DNA from: Desulfatiglandales bacterium
Lineage (GTDB): Bacteria; Desulfobacterota; DSM-4660; Desulfatiglandales; Desulfatiglandaceae
Direction of reading: 5' to 3'
DNA length: 64,000 bases
NCBI GenBank assembly: GCA_963666345.1
Contig: OY762721.1
Location: 384,001 to 448,000, forward strand
Of the stretch, positions 63,606-64,000 are shown piece by piece; the stretch's first letter is position 1, and every line of letters begins with the position of its first letter. The notes beneath the pieces were generated by a model. That model did no database searches and had not been told where the DNA came from. It worked only from the letters and a program-made list of their open reading frames with translations. The position numbers and the translations under genes were made by a program.

Positions 63606-64000
63606 TTACATATACATACCACCGCTTACATGTATGACTTGTCCTGTTATATAGCTGGCTCCATTTGAGCACAGCCAGTATACCGCCTCAGCCACGTCAT
63701 CGGGCTCACCGATCCTGCCTAACGGAATCTGCCTCATGAATTCATCCTTTGCCTGCTCCGGAAGCACGCTTGTCATGTCGGTGTTTATGTAACCCGGAGC
63801 GACTGCATTGACGGTTACGCCCCGAGACGCCACCTCTCTGGCAACGGATTTTGTAAAACCGAGGATTCCTGCCTTGCTTGCCGAATAGTTTGCCTGCCCC
63901 GCATTTCCTATTTGTCCGACCACAGAGGAGATGTTCACGATACAACCGGCCCTCTGCTTCAGCATGGTCCTTACGGCCCTCTGAGTGCAGTTAAAAACGC
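63606..64000 (-). CDS. fabG: 3-oxoacyl-ACP reductase (3' part; truncated by the window edge)
   Basis: [26 protein letters not shown]; upstream of acpP. Confidence 0.93.
   Translation of the reverse strand, partial: VFNCTQRAVRTMLKQRAGCIVNISSVVGQIGNAGQANYSASKAGILGFTKSVAREVASRGVTVNAVAPGYINTDMTSVLPEQAKDEFMRQIPLGRIGEPDDVAEAVYWLCSNGASYITGQVIHVSGGMYM

Overview
Window from an anaerobic deltaproteobacterium (Desulfobacterota-like, inferred from gene content and order). Core blocks: GAF-kinase-USP operon, a DsrEFH-like triad, panE, non-decarboxylating glutaryl-CoA dehydrogenase plus glutaconyl-CoA decarboxylase alpha subunit, thi4-thiE-DHH-mgtE, ileS-lspA-thiM-thiE-thiD, valS-nadC, murJ, rpsT, and the long fabG-acpP-fabF-rpiB-glyA-deaminase-nrdR-rib-nusB-leuS-lptE-holA cluster. 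tRNA-Arg(CCG) at 25524-25600 is followed by an AT-rich island remnant. It holds an OLD-like ATPase-TOPRIM nuclease gene cut by two 2453-bp IS21 copies, one with an 8-bp target duplication and one without. The best hidden signal is in the accessory region: two ORFs that the ORF track stops at TGA continue in frame to complete their folds, a DsrE-like protein (U-G-V-C) and an exported rhodanese-like protein (C-K-U). Both carry a hairpin with the same CGGTCTGG octamer at exactly +21 after the TGA. They are probable selenoproteins sharing one SECIS design. Other notes: a candidate switch-like structured leader upstream of a D-2-hydroxyacid dehydrogenase, a PopZ/RomR-like acidic protein upstream of valS, a Thi4 with Pro at the His/Cys site, two unannotated small ORFs, MITE-like repeats with a shared core, and a VWA surface protein with 261-bp tandem repeats. 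All family calls come from recognised motifs; no database search was run.
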